Below, piece after piece: positions 1 through 10,298 of a stretch of DNA of 64,000 nucleotides. This DNA comes from Candidatus Binatia bacterium (GTDB lineage: Bacteria; Desulfobacterota; Binatia; Bin18), in NCBI GenBank assembly GCA_963664395.2, contig OY761159.2:3776001-3840000 (forward strand), in the 5' to 3' direction. The translations under genes and the position numbers were made by a program. Below the pieces are notes generated by a model. That model searched no databases and was not told the DNA's origin. It saw only the letters and a list, made by a program, of their open reading frames with translations. How positions within the stretch are numbered: the first letter of the stretch is position 1; each line of letters begins with the position of its first letter.

Positions 1-171
1 CAGGTGATTGGTGAGACTGGCGTGGCCTGGGGGTTGTATCAACTGGAGACGCGCCCAAAGGGCGGTGCCTTTCGGAACGTTAATGGGCAATATATGTTCA
101 CGTACGCCCGGCCCGAAGGACAGTGGCGTATAATCAGTATACACTTTGCACCCCTCCCAGCGGGAAACTAA
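1..171 (+). CDS. C-terminal part of a SnoaL/NTF2-like protein (truncated by window edge)
   Basis: Frame 1 open from base 1: QVIGETGVAWGLYQLE...YMFTYARPEGQWRIISIHFAPLPAGN*; the G-x-W-R-I-x-x-x-H ending is typical of NTF2-like proteins. Confidence 0.6.
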   Translation, partial: QVIGETGVAWGLYQLETRPKGGAFRNVNGQYMFTYARPEGQWRIISIHFAPLPAGN

Positions 172-263
172 ACCGAAACTTTGGCTTCCCGTGTCTGTTG
201 CGCTGAAGCGTAGCATATTGACCTCTCCGGCCGTGGCTCTTGAGCCCGGCCGGAGGCATCCTT

Positions 264-310
264 AATGGTCGGTCAATGACCGCTCATTGACCGACCATTG
301 ACCGACCATT
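264..310. repeat. Perfect 16-bp inverted repeat with an extra 11-bp copy from the right arm
   Basis: AATGGTCGGTCAATGA-ccgc-TCATTGACCGACCATT followed by GACCGACCATT. Confidence 0.8.
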
Positions 311-730
311 ATCTGTCAAGACAGATACGCTCCCGATAGGCCAAGAAGTCGAAGGGATGCGGTATGGCAACCCGAACGCTAGAGCCGTTCGTTCTTCTTT
401 TTCGCCTATCCTTCCAGGCCCAATAGTCATGTAAATTTAGCTGCTTATCACCCTTATCGGCAGTGTGCTCTTCCCATCCCGAACGGGCTGTGGTAGGGAT
501 GGCCGGTCTGTACACTTTGGCACGGTGCCAACCTTGAGTATTCACTGCGTGGGGAGGGGAGCTTCACTTGTAGATTCGCAGCATAAACTCCACCGGATGG
601 TGACTGTTCGATAGCGTCGGTTGTCCCACACCCAAGAATGCAGATCAATATCAACAGCCCTTGAACCGAAGCGTTGAGACCCGCACTGTATGGCGTCTTG
701 AGTCCGGACAAGAGGAAAGGAGGAACTGCT

Positions 731-1522
731 TTGGCAGAGACACAATGGAAGGAACGGAAAGTAAAAGTCGGTGACGCTGAGTTGGCCGTTATTGAGGGAG
801 GTTCTGGAAGTCCCCTGATCGTTCTGCATGAAGAACTCGGCCACCCTGGCATCACGAACTGGCATAACGAACTGGCTCGGGACCATACGGTCATGATTCC
901 TTTACATCCAGGGTTCGGTCGGACCGAGCGCGTCGAGTGGGTGAGTAATGTACGTGACTTGGCTGGTCTGTACGGTCGCGCGCTACGAGAACATAATCTC
1001 GCGCCGGCAAATGTTATTGGCTTTTCTATAGGCGGCTGGATTGCTGCTGAGATGGCTGCCTGCAACGCTGCTCAGTTTCGACGTATGGTATTGGTTGCGC
1101 CTTTTGGGATACGCCCGCCGGAAGGGGATATCGCGGACATGTTTCAGGTTACGGCTAAAGCCTACCTGGATGCGAGTGTGAAGGATATTCAAGGCACCCC
1201 GGAATTTGCAAAGCTGTATGGCGGAGAACCAACTCCGGAGCAGTTCGAAGCGTGGGACGACGCGCGGGCTGAAAGTGCACGCGTTGCGTGGGTGCCGTAT
1301 ATGTTCAACCCCAGCCTAGGGCCTCTGCTTACGTGTGGCGACCAAGTCAAGACACTGATTCTCTGGGGCCGGGACGACCAAATCGCTCCGGTGAGCGCGG
1401 CCGCTGTCTATCAGAAATCTATTGCTGGCTCTGAACTGATCGTGTTGGACGGGTGTGGACATCGCCCCGAGGTCGAACAGACTCATACGTTTGTTGAGAA
1501 GGTTCGGAGTTTTCTGGCGTAA
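731..1522 (+). CDS. Alpha/beta fold hydrolase
   Basis: GFSIGG nucleophile elbow, LWGRDD, GCGH catalytic His; TTG start after AGGAGG. Confidence 0.85.
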   Translation: MAETQWKERKVKVGDAELAVIEGGSGSPLIVLHEELGHPGITNWHNELARDHTVMIPLHPGFGRTERVEWVSNVRDLAGLYGRALREHNLAPANVIGFSIGGWIAAEMAACNAAQFRRMVLVAPFGIRPPEGDIADMFQVTAKAYLDASVKDIQGTPEFAKLYGGEPTPEQFEAWDDARAESARVAWVPYMFNPSLGPLLTCGDQVKTLILWGRDDQIAPVSAAAVYQKSIAGSELIVLDGCGHRPEVEQTHTFVEKVRSFLA

Positions 1523-1526
1523 GTCA

Positions 1527-1554
1527 GTAGGGGCACGGCATACCGCGCCCCTAC
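1527..1554. repeat. GTAG-type REP-like palindrome
   Basis: GTAGGGGCACGGCATACCGCGCCCCTAC between convergent genes. Confidence 0.7.
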
Positions 1555-1556
1555 TC

Positions 1557-2708
1557 CTAGCGATACGAAGTATATTCCCGGCCAAACGCTTCCCGGGCAA
1601 CGATGCCTTTCATGATTTCCGGTGTTCCGTCGCCGATTTCGAGTCCCACGACATCGCGCCAGCGCTGTTCGAGCGGAGATTCCATATTATAGCCATAGTG
1701 CCCGTGCAAGATCATGCAGGCGTGGATGGCTTCTGCCGCTGCTTTCGGGCCAAGCCATTTTACCATGGCCGCTTCTGTGGTGTGTTTGCGTCCCTGATCT
1801 TTGAGCCACAGGCATTTATACGATAATACCCGGGCGGCCTCCAACAGCGTCAGATGTTCGGCAATTTGGAAGGCTACCCCTTCAAATGTTGCCAGCGGTT
1901 TACCAAACACCTCGCGGCCCTTTGTATATTCAATCGTCTCGTCAATCGACTGCTGAGCCGCCCCAACACACGCCAAGGCAATGATCGCCCGGTTGAAATC
2001 AAAGGCGATCATTGCCTGGTAAAAGCCTTTGCCTTCCTCGCCCACCATATTCCGCGCAGGCACCCGGACGCCATCGAAAAAGAGAGACCCGCGCTGGGTT
2101 AATCGTTCTCCTGCCGCGAAATAGGGCTGACGGGTGACTCCAGGCGCGTCGAGCGGAATCAGAAAGGCAGAGATACCGCGTGCGCCGGCATCTCTAGTCC
2201 GCGCAAAGACAATACACGCGTCTGCATATCCGGCAAACGTGATGGAGGCCTTTTCTCCTGTAATGACATAGTCGTCACCCACTTTCTCTGCTCGGGTGGT
2301 AATATGGGCCGCATCCGAACCCGCCCCCGGCTCTGTCAGGCCAAAGGCGATCACCGCCTCGCCAGTAGCGTGCCGGGTGAGCCATTCTGCCTGGATGTCC
2401 GGATGGGCAAAGTCCGCCAAAAGTTCGGAGGCAATAAGTCCAAGCTGAATATAGAGACTATAGTTGAAGTCGCCGCGGGACAGCTCTTCAGCCATCAATC
2501 CGCACGTCACATAGTCGGCCATCATCCCCCCAAACTTTTCGGGGACCCGCAGGCCGAAGATGCCGAATTCAGCGGCTTCTTTTATGAGTGCGCGCGAAAT
2601 TATTTCGCCTCGGTCCCAGCGATGGTAATTGGGCGCAAGTTTGTCTTTCGCGTATTGTCGGAGTGTGTGTTGCAGCAAGAGTTGGTCTTCTGAAAAGGTA
2701 AAATCCAT
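1557..2708 (-). CDS. Acyl-CoA dehydrogenase, cyclohexanecarboxyl-CoA dehydrogenase (AliB)-like
   Basis: MDFTFSEDQ start, LTEPGAGSD, GEKASIT, EQRWRDVVGLEIGDGT; resembles the AliB subfamily from memory. Confidence 0.8.
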   Translation of the reverse strand: MDFTFSEDQLLLQHTLRQYAKDKLAPNYHRWDRGEIISRALIKEAAEFGIFGLRVPEKFGGMMADYVTCGLMAEELSRGDFNYSLYIQLGLIASELLADFAHPDIQAEWLTRHATGEAVIAFGLTEPGAGSDAAHITTRAEKVGDDYVITGEKASITFAGYADACIVFARTRDAGARGISAFLIPLDAPGVTRQPYFAAGERLTQRGSLFFDGVRVPARNMVGEEGKGFYQAMIAFDFNRAIIALACVGAAQQSIDETIEYTKGREVFGKPLATFEGVAFQIAEHLTLLEAARVLSYKCLWLKDQGRKHTTEAAMVKWLGPKAAAEAIHACMILHGHYGYNMESPLEQRWRDVVGLEIGDGTPEIMKGIVAREAFGREYTSYR

Positions 2709-2790
2709 AACGTCGTGTCCTTGGGCTGTCAGAAATTCCACCCCATGGTACGGACCTCGGCAAAACCGTGCAAGGAGTGGTGAGGCGAGC

Positions 2791-4074
2791 CTACGGCAGT
2801 CGAGAGGCTCGCCGGTGCAGGGTCGAGCGCGGAGGGCAATGGGCCGCTCGTCTGAATCGCCGGATGTGATACAGCAGAACCGCCAGCGTAATCCAGAATA
2901 CATGCACCCCGATGGCTGCGGTCCAGAGAAACCACGACAATTTTTGAAACACCGCGCAAATGAAGATAAGCAGCGAATAGTCACGACTCGCTAAGCCGGA
3001 CACCATTCTTCGTAAAAGTGTATCCTGCCAAGTCTGCGGATGCGCATCCGGCCTGGCCACTCTTTCCGCCACGACGACACAGGCGAAGGACAAGACGGTT
3101 CCCCCGACCAAGAGGCCCCCAAGAAAGAATGGCGACTGCGTCCCGCCTTGTGCCCACACTGCGAAACCAAGCCCGGCGAACGTGGCAAGATGAACCACGG
3201 TGTCGAGCGTAATATCGAGCCAGGCTCCCAACGGAGATTCGAGAAACTTCATCCGAGCGACTTCCCCGTCACAGCAATCAAAAACGGCCGAAATCTGTAA
3301 GAGGAGTGCTCCAAAGACGGGTCCCCAATAACCAGCCTGAAAGAAATACATTGCGCCGCATAGGCCAATCAGGCACGACAGCAGCGTGATCTGGTTCGGA
3401 GTCAGGGTAGTCCGTAAGAAGAGTTGGGTTAAAGGACGGGAGAGTTTGCGATTGAGATGAGTGTCGACAAAACCATCTTTTGGATTGTCGAGAGAGGCGA
3501 GGAGCGCTGATTCTGCATGATGCAGGGAAGTCGAATCAGTGAGCTGGTAGAGCAGGTGGGAGGAAGCCGGCAAGGTCCTGAGCGGTGCCTGAGGTTGGGC
3601 GGTATGAGCCGGCGTCCCGGCCAGCAGTGCTGTTTCCCAGACAGGGAGCCCAAAGGTTGCGTCCGGCTGTGGGCCGAGTACCAGCGCATCCGTGCCGGTC
3701 CCTGTTTGTACTCGCACCGTCTCGCCCGGCTCAACAGCCCGGTCGAGGTCAAACGCAAGGGCTGGGGAAAAGAGCGTGGCGAGCGAATAGTAGAGACAGT
3801 GTCCACTGGTCAATGCCCGGACTGGCTGGGGGCCGTCAGTCGGCCGTGTCCAGACGACGTGAGTCGTGAGCCGTTTGTCTCCGTACAGGTCACGTTGCAG
3901 TGCCTCTTGCCGGTGAGGATGTTCTTCCGGTCGAGCGTCCATGACCAGATAGCACGTTTTTGCGCCTGCACGTTGGGCACTGAGGATGGCGCGTTTGAGC
4001 AGCGACACCCCCCCCAGCCGGGCTAACGGATCAGGGCCCGTCGAAGGAATAAAGATGCAAGCTGCGGTAATCAT
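2791..4074 (-). CDS. CDP-alcohol phosphatidyltransferase with N-terminal degenerate NTP-transferase-like domain
   Basis: TPNQIT and DCCDGEVAR...GAWLDITLD signature; N-terminus LGGVSLLKRAILSAQRAG. Confidence 0.8.
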   Translation of the reverse strand: MITAACIFIPSTGPDPLARLGGVSLLKRAILSAQRAGAKTCYLVMDARPEEHPHRQEALQRDLYGDKRLTTHVVWTRPTDGPQPVRALTSGHCLYYSLATLFSPALAFDLDRAVEPGETVRVQTGTGTDALVLGPQPDATFGLPVWETALLAGTPAHTAQPQAPLRTLPASSHLLYQLTDSTSLHHAESALLASLDNPKDGFVDTHLNRKLSRPLTQLFLRTTLTPNQITLLSCLIGLCGAMYFFQAGYWGPVFGALLLQISAVFDCCDGEVARMKFLESPLGAWLDITLDTVVHLATFAGLGFAVWAQGGTQSPFFLGGLLVGGTVLSFACVVVAERVARPDAHPQTWQDTLLRRMVSGLASRDYSLLIFICAVFQKLSWFLWTAAIGVHVFWITLAVLLYHIRRFRRAAHCPPRSTLHRRASRLP

Positions 4075-4093
4075 CCGTTCCGATTCCGTGTGC

Positions 4094-4190
4094 GGCGGCC
4101 CGTCCGCCCTACCTCATATTCCAAACTGTAGGGGCGGGTTTCAAACCTACTCCCAAGTCCTCTAGTCCTCTAGTCCTCTTGTCCTCTTGT
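4094..4190. repeat. Inverted REP half-site, GTAG REP and 8-bp tandem (GTCCTCTA/GTCCTCTT x4)
   Basis: CCGCCCTAC at ~4104-4112, GTAGGGGCGGGTTTCAAACC at 4128, then gtcctcta gtcctcta gtcctctt gtcctctt. Confidence 0.6.
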
Positions 4191-4251
4191 GCCTCAGAAA
4201 TACGTTTGGTGTAATACCCCTACAGAAGAGAAAAGGAGAGGGTATGGACTT

Positions 4252-4965
4252 CAGAAGGTGTGGACGAGTTGGGCGCAGCACTCGGACTGGTGTTTTTTAC
4301 TTGTCCGAACCGACCCGGACGCACCGAAACATCAAGGCATCAGCTATCTGCTGGTTGATATGCACAGCCCTGGCATTACCGTCCGTCCGCTCGTCCAAAT
4401 GAACGGCGATACTGAGTTCAACGAAGTCTTTTTCGAAGACGTCCGGGTGCCCAAAGAGAACCTGGTTGGCGAAAAGAACCGTGGCTGGATGGTGGCGATC
4501 ACCACCCTTATGTTTGAACGCGTTGCAACGAGCAGTTATTTCCGGATGGAGACGCTCTTGCCTCAACTGTATGACTTGGCGCAACGGCTGGAGCTGGATG
4601 GAAGGCCAGCCAGTGAAAACGCTGCCGTGCGCCAGCAACTCGTCCAGTTTGCCATAGAAGCCGCAGCGATTAAGTACAATGAGTTGCGGCGGCTCACGCG
4701 CCAGATAAAGGGCCAACCGCCCGGCCCGGAAGGCTCTTCTGCGAAAATCACCTCTACGGAACTGAATCTGCGCGTCGCCACCTTTGCCATGGAACTCTTG
4801 GGGCCTTACTCGACCCTGGCCAAGGACTCACCGTTTGGCATTGATCAGGCACGTTGGTCATACCGAGCTCTCAGCGCCCGAGCCGGGACGATTGCTGCCG
4901 GCACAAATGAGATTTTGCGTGGGGTCATCGGCGAGCGCGTCTTGAAGTTGCCGAAAAGTCGGTAG
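4252..4965 (+). pseudogene. 5'-truncated acyl-CoA dehydrogenase (middle and C-terminal domains only)
   Basis: Homology starts abruptly at QKVWTS; contains EFNEVFFEDVRVP and TIAAGTNEILR; N-terminal domain absent. Confidence 0.75.
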
Positions 4966-5028
4966 GCCGGTGGCACGGTTCACGCCATTAGGGGCTATCC
5001 GGCAACGTGCGCTCCCGGACCACCCTTG

Positions 5029-7623
5029 TTACTGCCCGTCCGTGTCTGGGAGCATGGGGGCGATCATGAAGTTCTGCGACCCCTCTTGCCAGAGAAGCCG
5101 CACGTCTCTCCCTTCTTCGGGAAAGTCCACGGCTTCCGCCTCACCCATCACTCCCTGGACAAACTCTTCCCCTAACGTCGTCACCGTGAACGTCGCTCGC
5201 CCGAACTCCACTCCGTCCGCCAACGTCCGGACGGTGTGGACGCCGTCACCCAGCAGGTTCCAGTTGAACAGCAGCCCAAAGCCGTTGTCGATATCGCCAC
5301 ACGCAGCAGCCGTGTCCGCCCGCGCTGTCCTATAGGCCGTTGGCCACGGCTGCCCGTTGATCTCGATCACCACCTCGTCGGCCTCACACACCCAGCCAGA
5401 GAGCACGCCAATCCCACTCTGGAAGGAGCTTGGCCGGGGGTTCTCCAGGAACTTGCGCGGGTCGGGCTGCTCGGCCGGCCTTGCCGCCGGGTTGCCCTCA
5501 GGAGGCGCCAGCATAAAGTTCTGCAAGCTTTGCTCCCACACCAGCCGCGCATCTGTCTCCCCGTCTGGGAAGTCCAGAACCCCCGTCTCGCCCGTCACCC
5601 CCCGGACAAACTCTTCCCCCCCTAACGTCGTCACCGTGAACGTCGCCCGCCCGAACTCTACTCCGTCCGCCAACGCCCGGGTGGTGTGGGTACCATCGCC
5701 CAGCAGGTTCCAGTTGAACAGCAGCCCAAAGCCGTTGTCGATGTCGCCACACACGGCAGCCGTGTCCGCCCGCGCCGTCCCATAGGCCGCTGGCCAGGGC
5801 TGCCCGTTGATTTCGATCACCACCTCGTCGGCCTCACACACCCAGCCGGAGATCACACCGATGCCGCTCTGGAAGGAGCTTGGCCTGGGGTTCTCCAGGA
5901 ACTTGCGCGGGGCCAGCATGAAGTTTTGCGCGCCCTGCTGCCACACTAGCCGGACCTCTTTGCCCTCCGCAGGAAAGTCCAGAACTCCCGTCTCGCCCGT
6001 CACCCCCCGGACAAACTCTTCACCCCCTAACGTCGTCACCGTAAACGTGGCTTGTCCGAACTCTACTCCGTCTGCCAACGCCCGGATGGTGTGGACGCCG
6101 TCGCCCAGCAGGTTCCAGTTGAACAGCAGTCCAAAGCCGTTGTCGATGTCGCCACACACGGCAGCCGTGTCCGCCCGCTCCGTCCCAGAGTCCGTCTGCC
6201 ACAGCTCCCCGTTGATCTCAATCACCACTTCTTCGGCCTCGCACACCCAGCCGGAGATCACGCTGATGCCGCTCTGGAAGGACCCCGGTCGTGGGTTCTC
6301 CAGGAATTTGCGCGGGTCGGACCGTTTGGCCGGCCTCGCCGCCGGGTTGCCCTCAGGAGGCGCCAGCATGAAGTTCTGCAAGCTTTGCTCCCACACCAGC
6401 CGCACATCTGTCCCCTCGTTGGGGAAGTCCAGGTCCACCGTCTCACCCATCACCCCTCGGACAAACTCCTTGCCCAGGGTCGTCACCGTCACTGTCGCCC
6501 GTCCAAACTCCACCCCATCGGCCCGGACCACCAGCGTGTGGACGCCGTCGTCCAGCAGGTTCCAGTTGAACAACAGCCCGAACCCGTTGTTGATGTCGCC
6601 ACACCGCGCTTTGGTATCCGCCCGCGCTGTCCCATAGGCGGCTTGCCACGGCTGCCCGTTGATCTCAATCACCACCTCTTCGGCCTCGCACACCCAGCCG
6701 CAGATTACGCCGATGCCGCTCTGGAACGAACCCGGGCTGGGGGTCTCCAGAGTACCAACCAGCCCACTCCGCTGCTGACCGACCCTCCCGTCGCCGTCGC
6801 CGTCTCCATTGCCGTCCCCATTGCCGTTGCCATTACCGTTGCCGTCTCCGTTACCGTTACCATTACCGTCACCATTGCCGTTACCGTCTACCGTTGCCGT
6901 CTCCGTTGCCGTTACCGTTACCGTGCCATTGCCGTCGCCGTTGTCGACCATTGCCGTGGAGGCGGCGGCGGCGGTGGAGGCGGAGGCGGCGGTGGAGGCC
7001 GGCACCGGCGCCACCACCGGCGGATGTGCCACAGGAGGTCACAGGTATACAGTTTCCAGGTATACCCTTCTGACCAGGTTTTCGTCCAGACGTTGTCGCC
7101 CTCCACCCCATCATAGCCAATATGTGCAACCACAGGTCATTCATCTCGATATACGGGTTTCCGTTGAACAATGACAACTTGACGGTCCACTCGTCCTCTC
7201 CACCTGGCACCAGTCCTCTGTCGGATACGTGAGGGTGATCTGATTTCCCCTCACTTCACATCCGAATCGTGTCCTACCTCCCTCTTAAGCTCTAAGTTCT
7301 CAACCATAGGGTCAGGATTCTTGTCCACGTAGTAATGCAAACAGGTGTAAGCTCCGGGCGTGGTCCGACAAGAGGTAGGGTCCCTGGTAAGCAGTCTAAG
7401 TCTTTCACGCCCAGTTCGTCATCATAGGTCAAGGTCACGGTTGTCCCGGAGCTTGTCCTATTGAATTCACACCCATCACTCTTCGGATTCACGGTGTTCA
7501 TATCCGACCGACGAGCATCTCGTCGGGCACGGCGCAAACCTCGGCCCGCGCCGGCACGGCCATGACAAAACTGAACAGTACTGTGAATGTGAGGAAAAAA
7601 TTGAAGCCGTGTCGTCCGCTCAT
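5029..7623 (-). CDS. Secreted/surface protein with four ~130-aa C-terminal repeat domains; 5' part frameshifted
   Basis: Signal-like MSGRHGFNFFLTFTVLFSFVMAVPARAE at 7623; fragments in several frames; Pro-rich and GNGDG linkers; intact ORF 5029-7032 with four LENP..SGIGVISGWVCEA..FGLLFNWNLL repeats. Confidence 0.7.
5055..6750 (-). repeat. Four tandem ~390-450 bp coding repeats
   Basis: Near-identical blocks such as CAGCAGGTTCCAGTTGAACA recur at ~5252, 5701, 6106 and 6553. Confidence 0.9.
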
Positions 7624-7792
7624 ACCCGGTCCGCCCACGTCCAGTCCGCCCATACCCGGAATGACTTTATTCCTGCTGGAAAGCTGCCAAGTACCCTCCA
7701 TCCAAGCACCCTCCATTTGGCTTTCCTTGCGAGATATCAAGGAAGAAGTAGCATGCGCTCTATCATAAGTACAAATCAAGCCGACGACATGT

Positions 7793-7822
7793 TTGACACA
7801 ATGGACAGGCGTGGACTAGGAT
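7793..7822 (+). promoter_or_regulatory. Putative sigma70 promoter
   Basis: TTGACA-N18-TAGGAT upstream of the lactonase gene. Confidence 0.5.
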
Positions 7823-7883
7823 GCGGCCATCAACAGTTTCAGTGGGCCTGGCGCGAGGCGCTGACACAAAACAGGAGGGTTTT

Positions 7884-8669
7884 ATGGCGGATGGAAAAGC
7901 ACGGCGTATGTGGGCATTGCCGAACGCGGAACTGACTGTTCCGCAAGCGTTGCTGATGCACGGCGGGGCGCCGGATTTGGTGACCATACCCTGTCCGGCC
8001 TATCTGATTGAACATGAGAAGGGCCTGGTCTTGTTCGACACCGGCTGTCACCCCGCGGTGGCGGATGACCCGGTCGCGCACTGGGGGCCGTTTGCCGAAC
8101 ATCTTCAGGTTTCGTATCCCAAGGAGATGCTGCTCGACCGGCAGATTCAGGCGCTCGGCTACAAGATGTCGGACATTAAGTATGTCCTGATCTCCCATTT
8201 GCATCTCGACCATACGGGCTATATGCACGCCTTCCCCAACGCGACGTTCATTATCATGCAGGACGAGTTGCGCTACGCCTACTGGCCGGAGCCCCACCTG
8301 CGCGATGTGTTTGTGTTCAAAGATATTGTGCCCACGCGGGGCTTTCAGTGGCTTGAGCTCAATGGCGACTTTGACATTTTTGGGGACGGCAGCCTGCATA
8401 TGCTGAAAACTCCGGGGCATACCCCCGGAGAAAGCTCACTGCATGTGCGTCTGCCGAATCGCTCCATCCTCCTGGTTGGCGATACCATCCATCTGCGCGA
8501 ACAATTCAACACCCTGTCCGGGATGCCGCTCGACACCGACCCCGCGGCCTCATCGTTGTCCATCCAACGCCTGCGGGCCATTCGGGACCTGCACGAGTGT
8601 ACGGTCTGGATTTCGCACGACCCGGAAGACTGGGCTGAGCTGCCACACGCCCCAACCGCGATTGAGTAG
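7884..8669 (+). CDS. N-acyl homoserine lactonase family (AiiA-like) metallo-beta-lactamase fold protein
   Basis: SHLHLDHTG, DIFGDGS, TPGHTPG, terminal SHD; RBS AGGAGG. Confidence 0.85.
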   Translation: MADGKARRMWALPNAELTVPQALLMHGGAPDLVTIPCPAYLIEHEKGLVLFDTGCHPAVADDPVAHWGPFAEHLQVSYPKEMLLDRQIQALGYKMSDIKYVLISHLHLDHTGYMHAFPNATFIIMQDELRYAYWPEPHLRDVFVFKDIVPTRGFQWLELNGDFDIFGDGSLHMLKTPGHTPGESSLHVRLPNRSILLVGDTIHLREQFNTLSGMPLDTDPAASSLSIQRLRAIRDLHECTVWISHDPEDWAELPHAPTAIE

Positions 8670-8684
8670 GGAGGACGTGCCACT

Positions 8685-9254
8685 ATGCCACTCTACGAAT
8701 ACCACTGCCTGCCATGTGATGCTGTCTTTGAGGAACTCTGCTCCCTGGGTGAGGCCCATACGAAAAAACGGTGTCCGGGCTGTGGGAAAAAAGCGCCCCG
8801 GATCGTCTCCTCTTTTGCCATCTCCCATGGCGCGCGCGGAGAACCCTATGATCCGGTGATTGCCTCGCACAAGAACTCACGTGATCCACGCCCCTTGTGC
8901 ATGCAGCATTCGCAAATCCCGCTGTCCTGCCACATGGATGAGTATTCGGTCAAACGTTTTGCCGCGCATGCAGCGGGAAACGGCAACGCGTTTGACGATA
9001 CCGTCGCTCAGGCCAAAGAAGTACGAAAACAGCGCGGGCTCAAACAGCCCACGTATGCACCGGCGACGCATGGGCATGATCACGACCATGGACACGCGCA
9101 TAGTCATGACACAAACTTTCGACTCCATGGCCAGGCGCAGGTAAATCAGGCGCAGGTACAAGAGCAGCCGCACGACCACTCTCCTGCGCATGCCCACCCT
9201 CACGGGCAGGGGAAGGGCAAGAAGCGTGGGAAGCCGCCAGCTCATGTCCACTAG
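8685..9254 (+). CDS. FmdB-family zinc-ribbon protein with His-rich C-terminal extension
   Basis: MPLYEYHCLPC...CPGCG; tail HGHDHDHGHAHSHD...HDHSPAHAHPH. Confidence 0.8.
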   Translation: MPLYEYHCLPCDAVFEELCSLGEAHTKKRCPGCGKKAPRIVSSFAISHGARGEPYDPVIASHKNSRDPRPLCMQHSQIPLSCHMDEYSVKRFAAHAAGNGNAFDDTVAQAKEVRKQRGLKQPTYAPATHGHDHDHGHAHSHDTNFRLHGQAQVNQAQVQEQPHDHSPAHAHPHGQGKGKKRGKPPAHVH

Positions 9255-9283
9255 ATCGTCTGTGGCGTGTAGCAACCTTACTG

Positions 9284-9318
9284 AAAGGGCGGCCGTGGGG
9301 TCGCCCTTTTTATTTTCT
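9284..9318 (+). terminator. Rho-independent terminator
   Basis: AAAGGGCGGCC-gtgg-GGTCGCCCTTT followed by a T-rich tract. Confidence 0.75.
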
Positions 9319-9325
9319 TTGTGTA

Positions 9326-9819
9326 TGGGCGATCATGGGATAGCGTTGAAGGATCGTTGGAAACAGACCCGAGAACGCGTGCTGGCCATCCGCGAAATCC
9401 GGACCAGGGCTGAGGCGGAATTTCACGGCCAGTTTGTTGACTTTGATCCCATCTGGTGCTGGCCCAAACCGGTGCAGGCGGGTGGCCCGCCGATCTTAAT
9501 GGGTGCGGACTCGAAGTGGGCCCCGAAGCGTATTGCCGAATACTGTGATGGGTGGATTCCACTTGACCGCCCGGACCTCGCAAGCAGGCTCGCCGCTATC
9601 CGCGAACAGATGGAGCAGTATGGGCGCTCTATGGACCAATTTGACCTGAGCGTTATTACCGGAGAGGCATTTGCCGGAGAGAACTCGGTAGAAAGCCGCA
9701 TTCAGGAATTGATGACCGTTGGTGCGAATCGTATCCTCTTTCTTATCACTCCGGACGAGCCTGATGCGCAGTGGCCCGTCCTCGAACGATACGCAAAGCT
9801 GATTGCCTCTATTCAATAG
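9326..9819 (+). pseudogene. 5'-truncated LLM-class (F420/flavin-dependent) oxidoreductase
   Basis: EFHGQFVDFDPIWCWPKPVQAGGPPILMG...YCDGWIP; N-terminal half missing; begins directly after a terminator. Confidence 0.75.
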
Positions 9820-9873
9820 GGTTGTTCTGGGATAAGGAAAATCACCAGTATAAGTTAAAGAGGAGACCTGAGT

Positions 9874-10290
9874 GTGGCTGACGCAATAAATTTCCCCCGT
9901 CCGGTGCCTCATATTGACGACGAAGAGTTCTGGAATGGCTGTAATCGCGATGAGCTGCTGATGCAGCGTTGCACCGCATGTCAGCAGTTTCGTTGGCTGC
10001 CCAAGCCCATGTGTCCGCATTGCAACGCCCTGGAGCACGAATGGGTAAAAATGAGCGGCAGAGGCAAGGTGTTTTCGTGGACCATCATTGTCCACCCGGT
10101 CCACCCAGCCGCGAATGAAAAGGTGCCGTATAACGTGGCGCAAGTGCAATTAGATGAAGATGCAGACATCATCATGGTGACCAATTTAGTCGATATCGAC
10201 AATGACGCTATCAGGATGGATATGCCGGTTGAGGTCGTCTTTGTTGAACACGAACCTGGGGTCAAGATCCCAAAATTCCGCCCGGTGTAG
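9874..10290 (+). CDS. Zn-ribbon/OB-fold (DUF35, ChsH2-like) protein
   Basis: FWNGC...QRCTAC...CPHC, SGRGKVFSWT, PY, MPVEVVF. Confidence 0.9.
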   Translation: MADAINFPRPVPHIDDEEFWNGCNRDELLMQRCTACQQFRWLPKPMCPHCNALEHEWVKMSGRGKVFSWTIIVHPVHPAANEKVPYNVAQVQLDEDADIIMVTNLVDIDNDAIRMDMPVEVVFVEHEPGVKIPKFRPV

Positions 10291-10298
10291 GGAGTTGC

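Noticed and set aside
309-670. Minus-strand ORFs upstream of the hydrolase
   Set aside because: No recognisable motif or RBS; could be a decayed gene but cannot be supported.
5055-6750. Diversity-generating retroelement TR/VR pairs
   Set aside because: All repeats are in-frame coding domains, differences are not visibly adenine-specific, and there is no reverse transcriptase in the window.
5807-7116. Long plus-strand ORFs (276 and 354 aa) with poly-Gly
   Set aside because: Antisense shadows of the repeat protein in GC-rich DNA.
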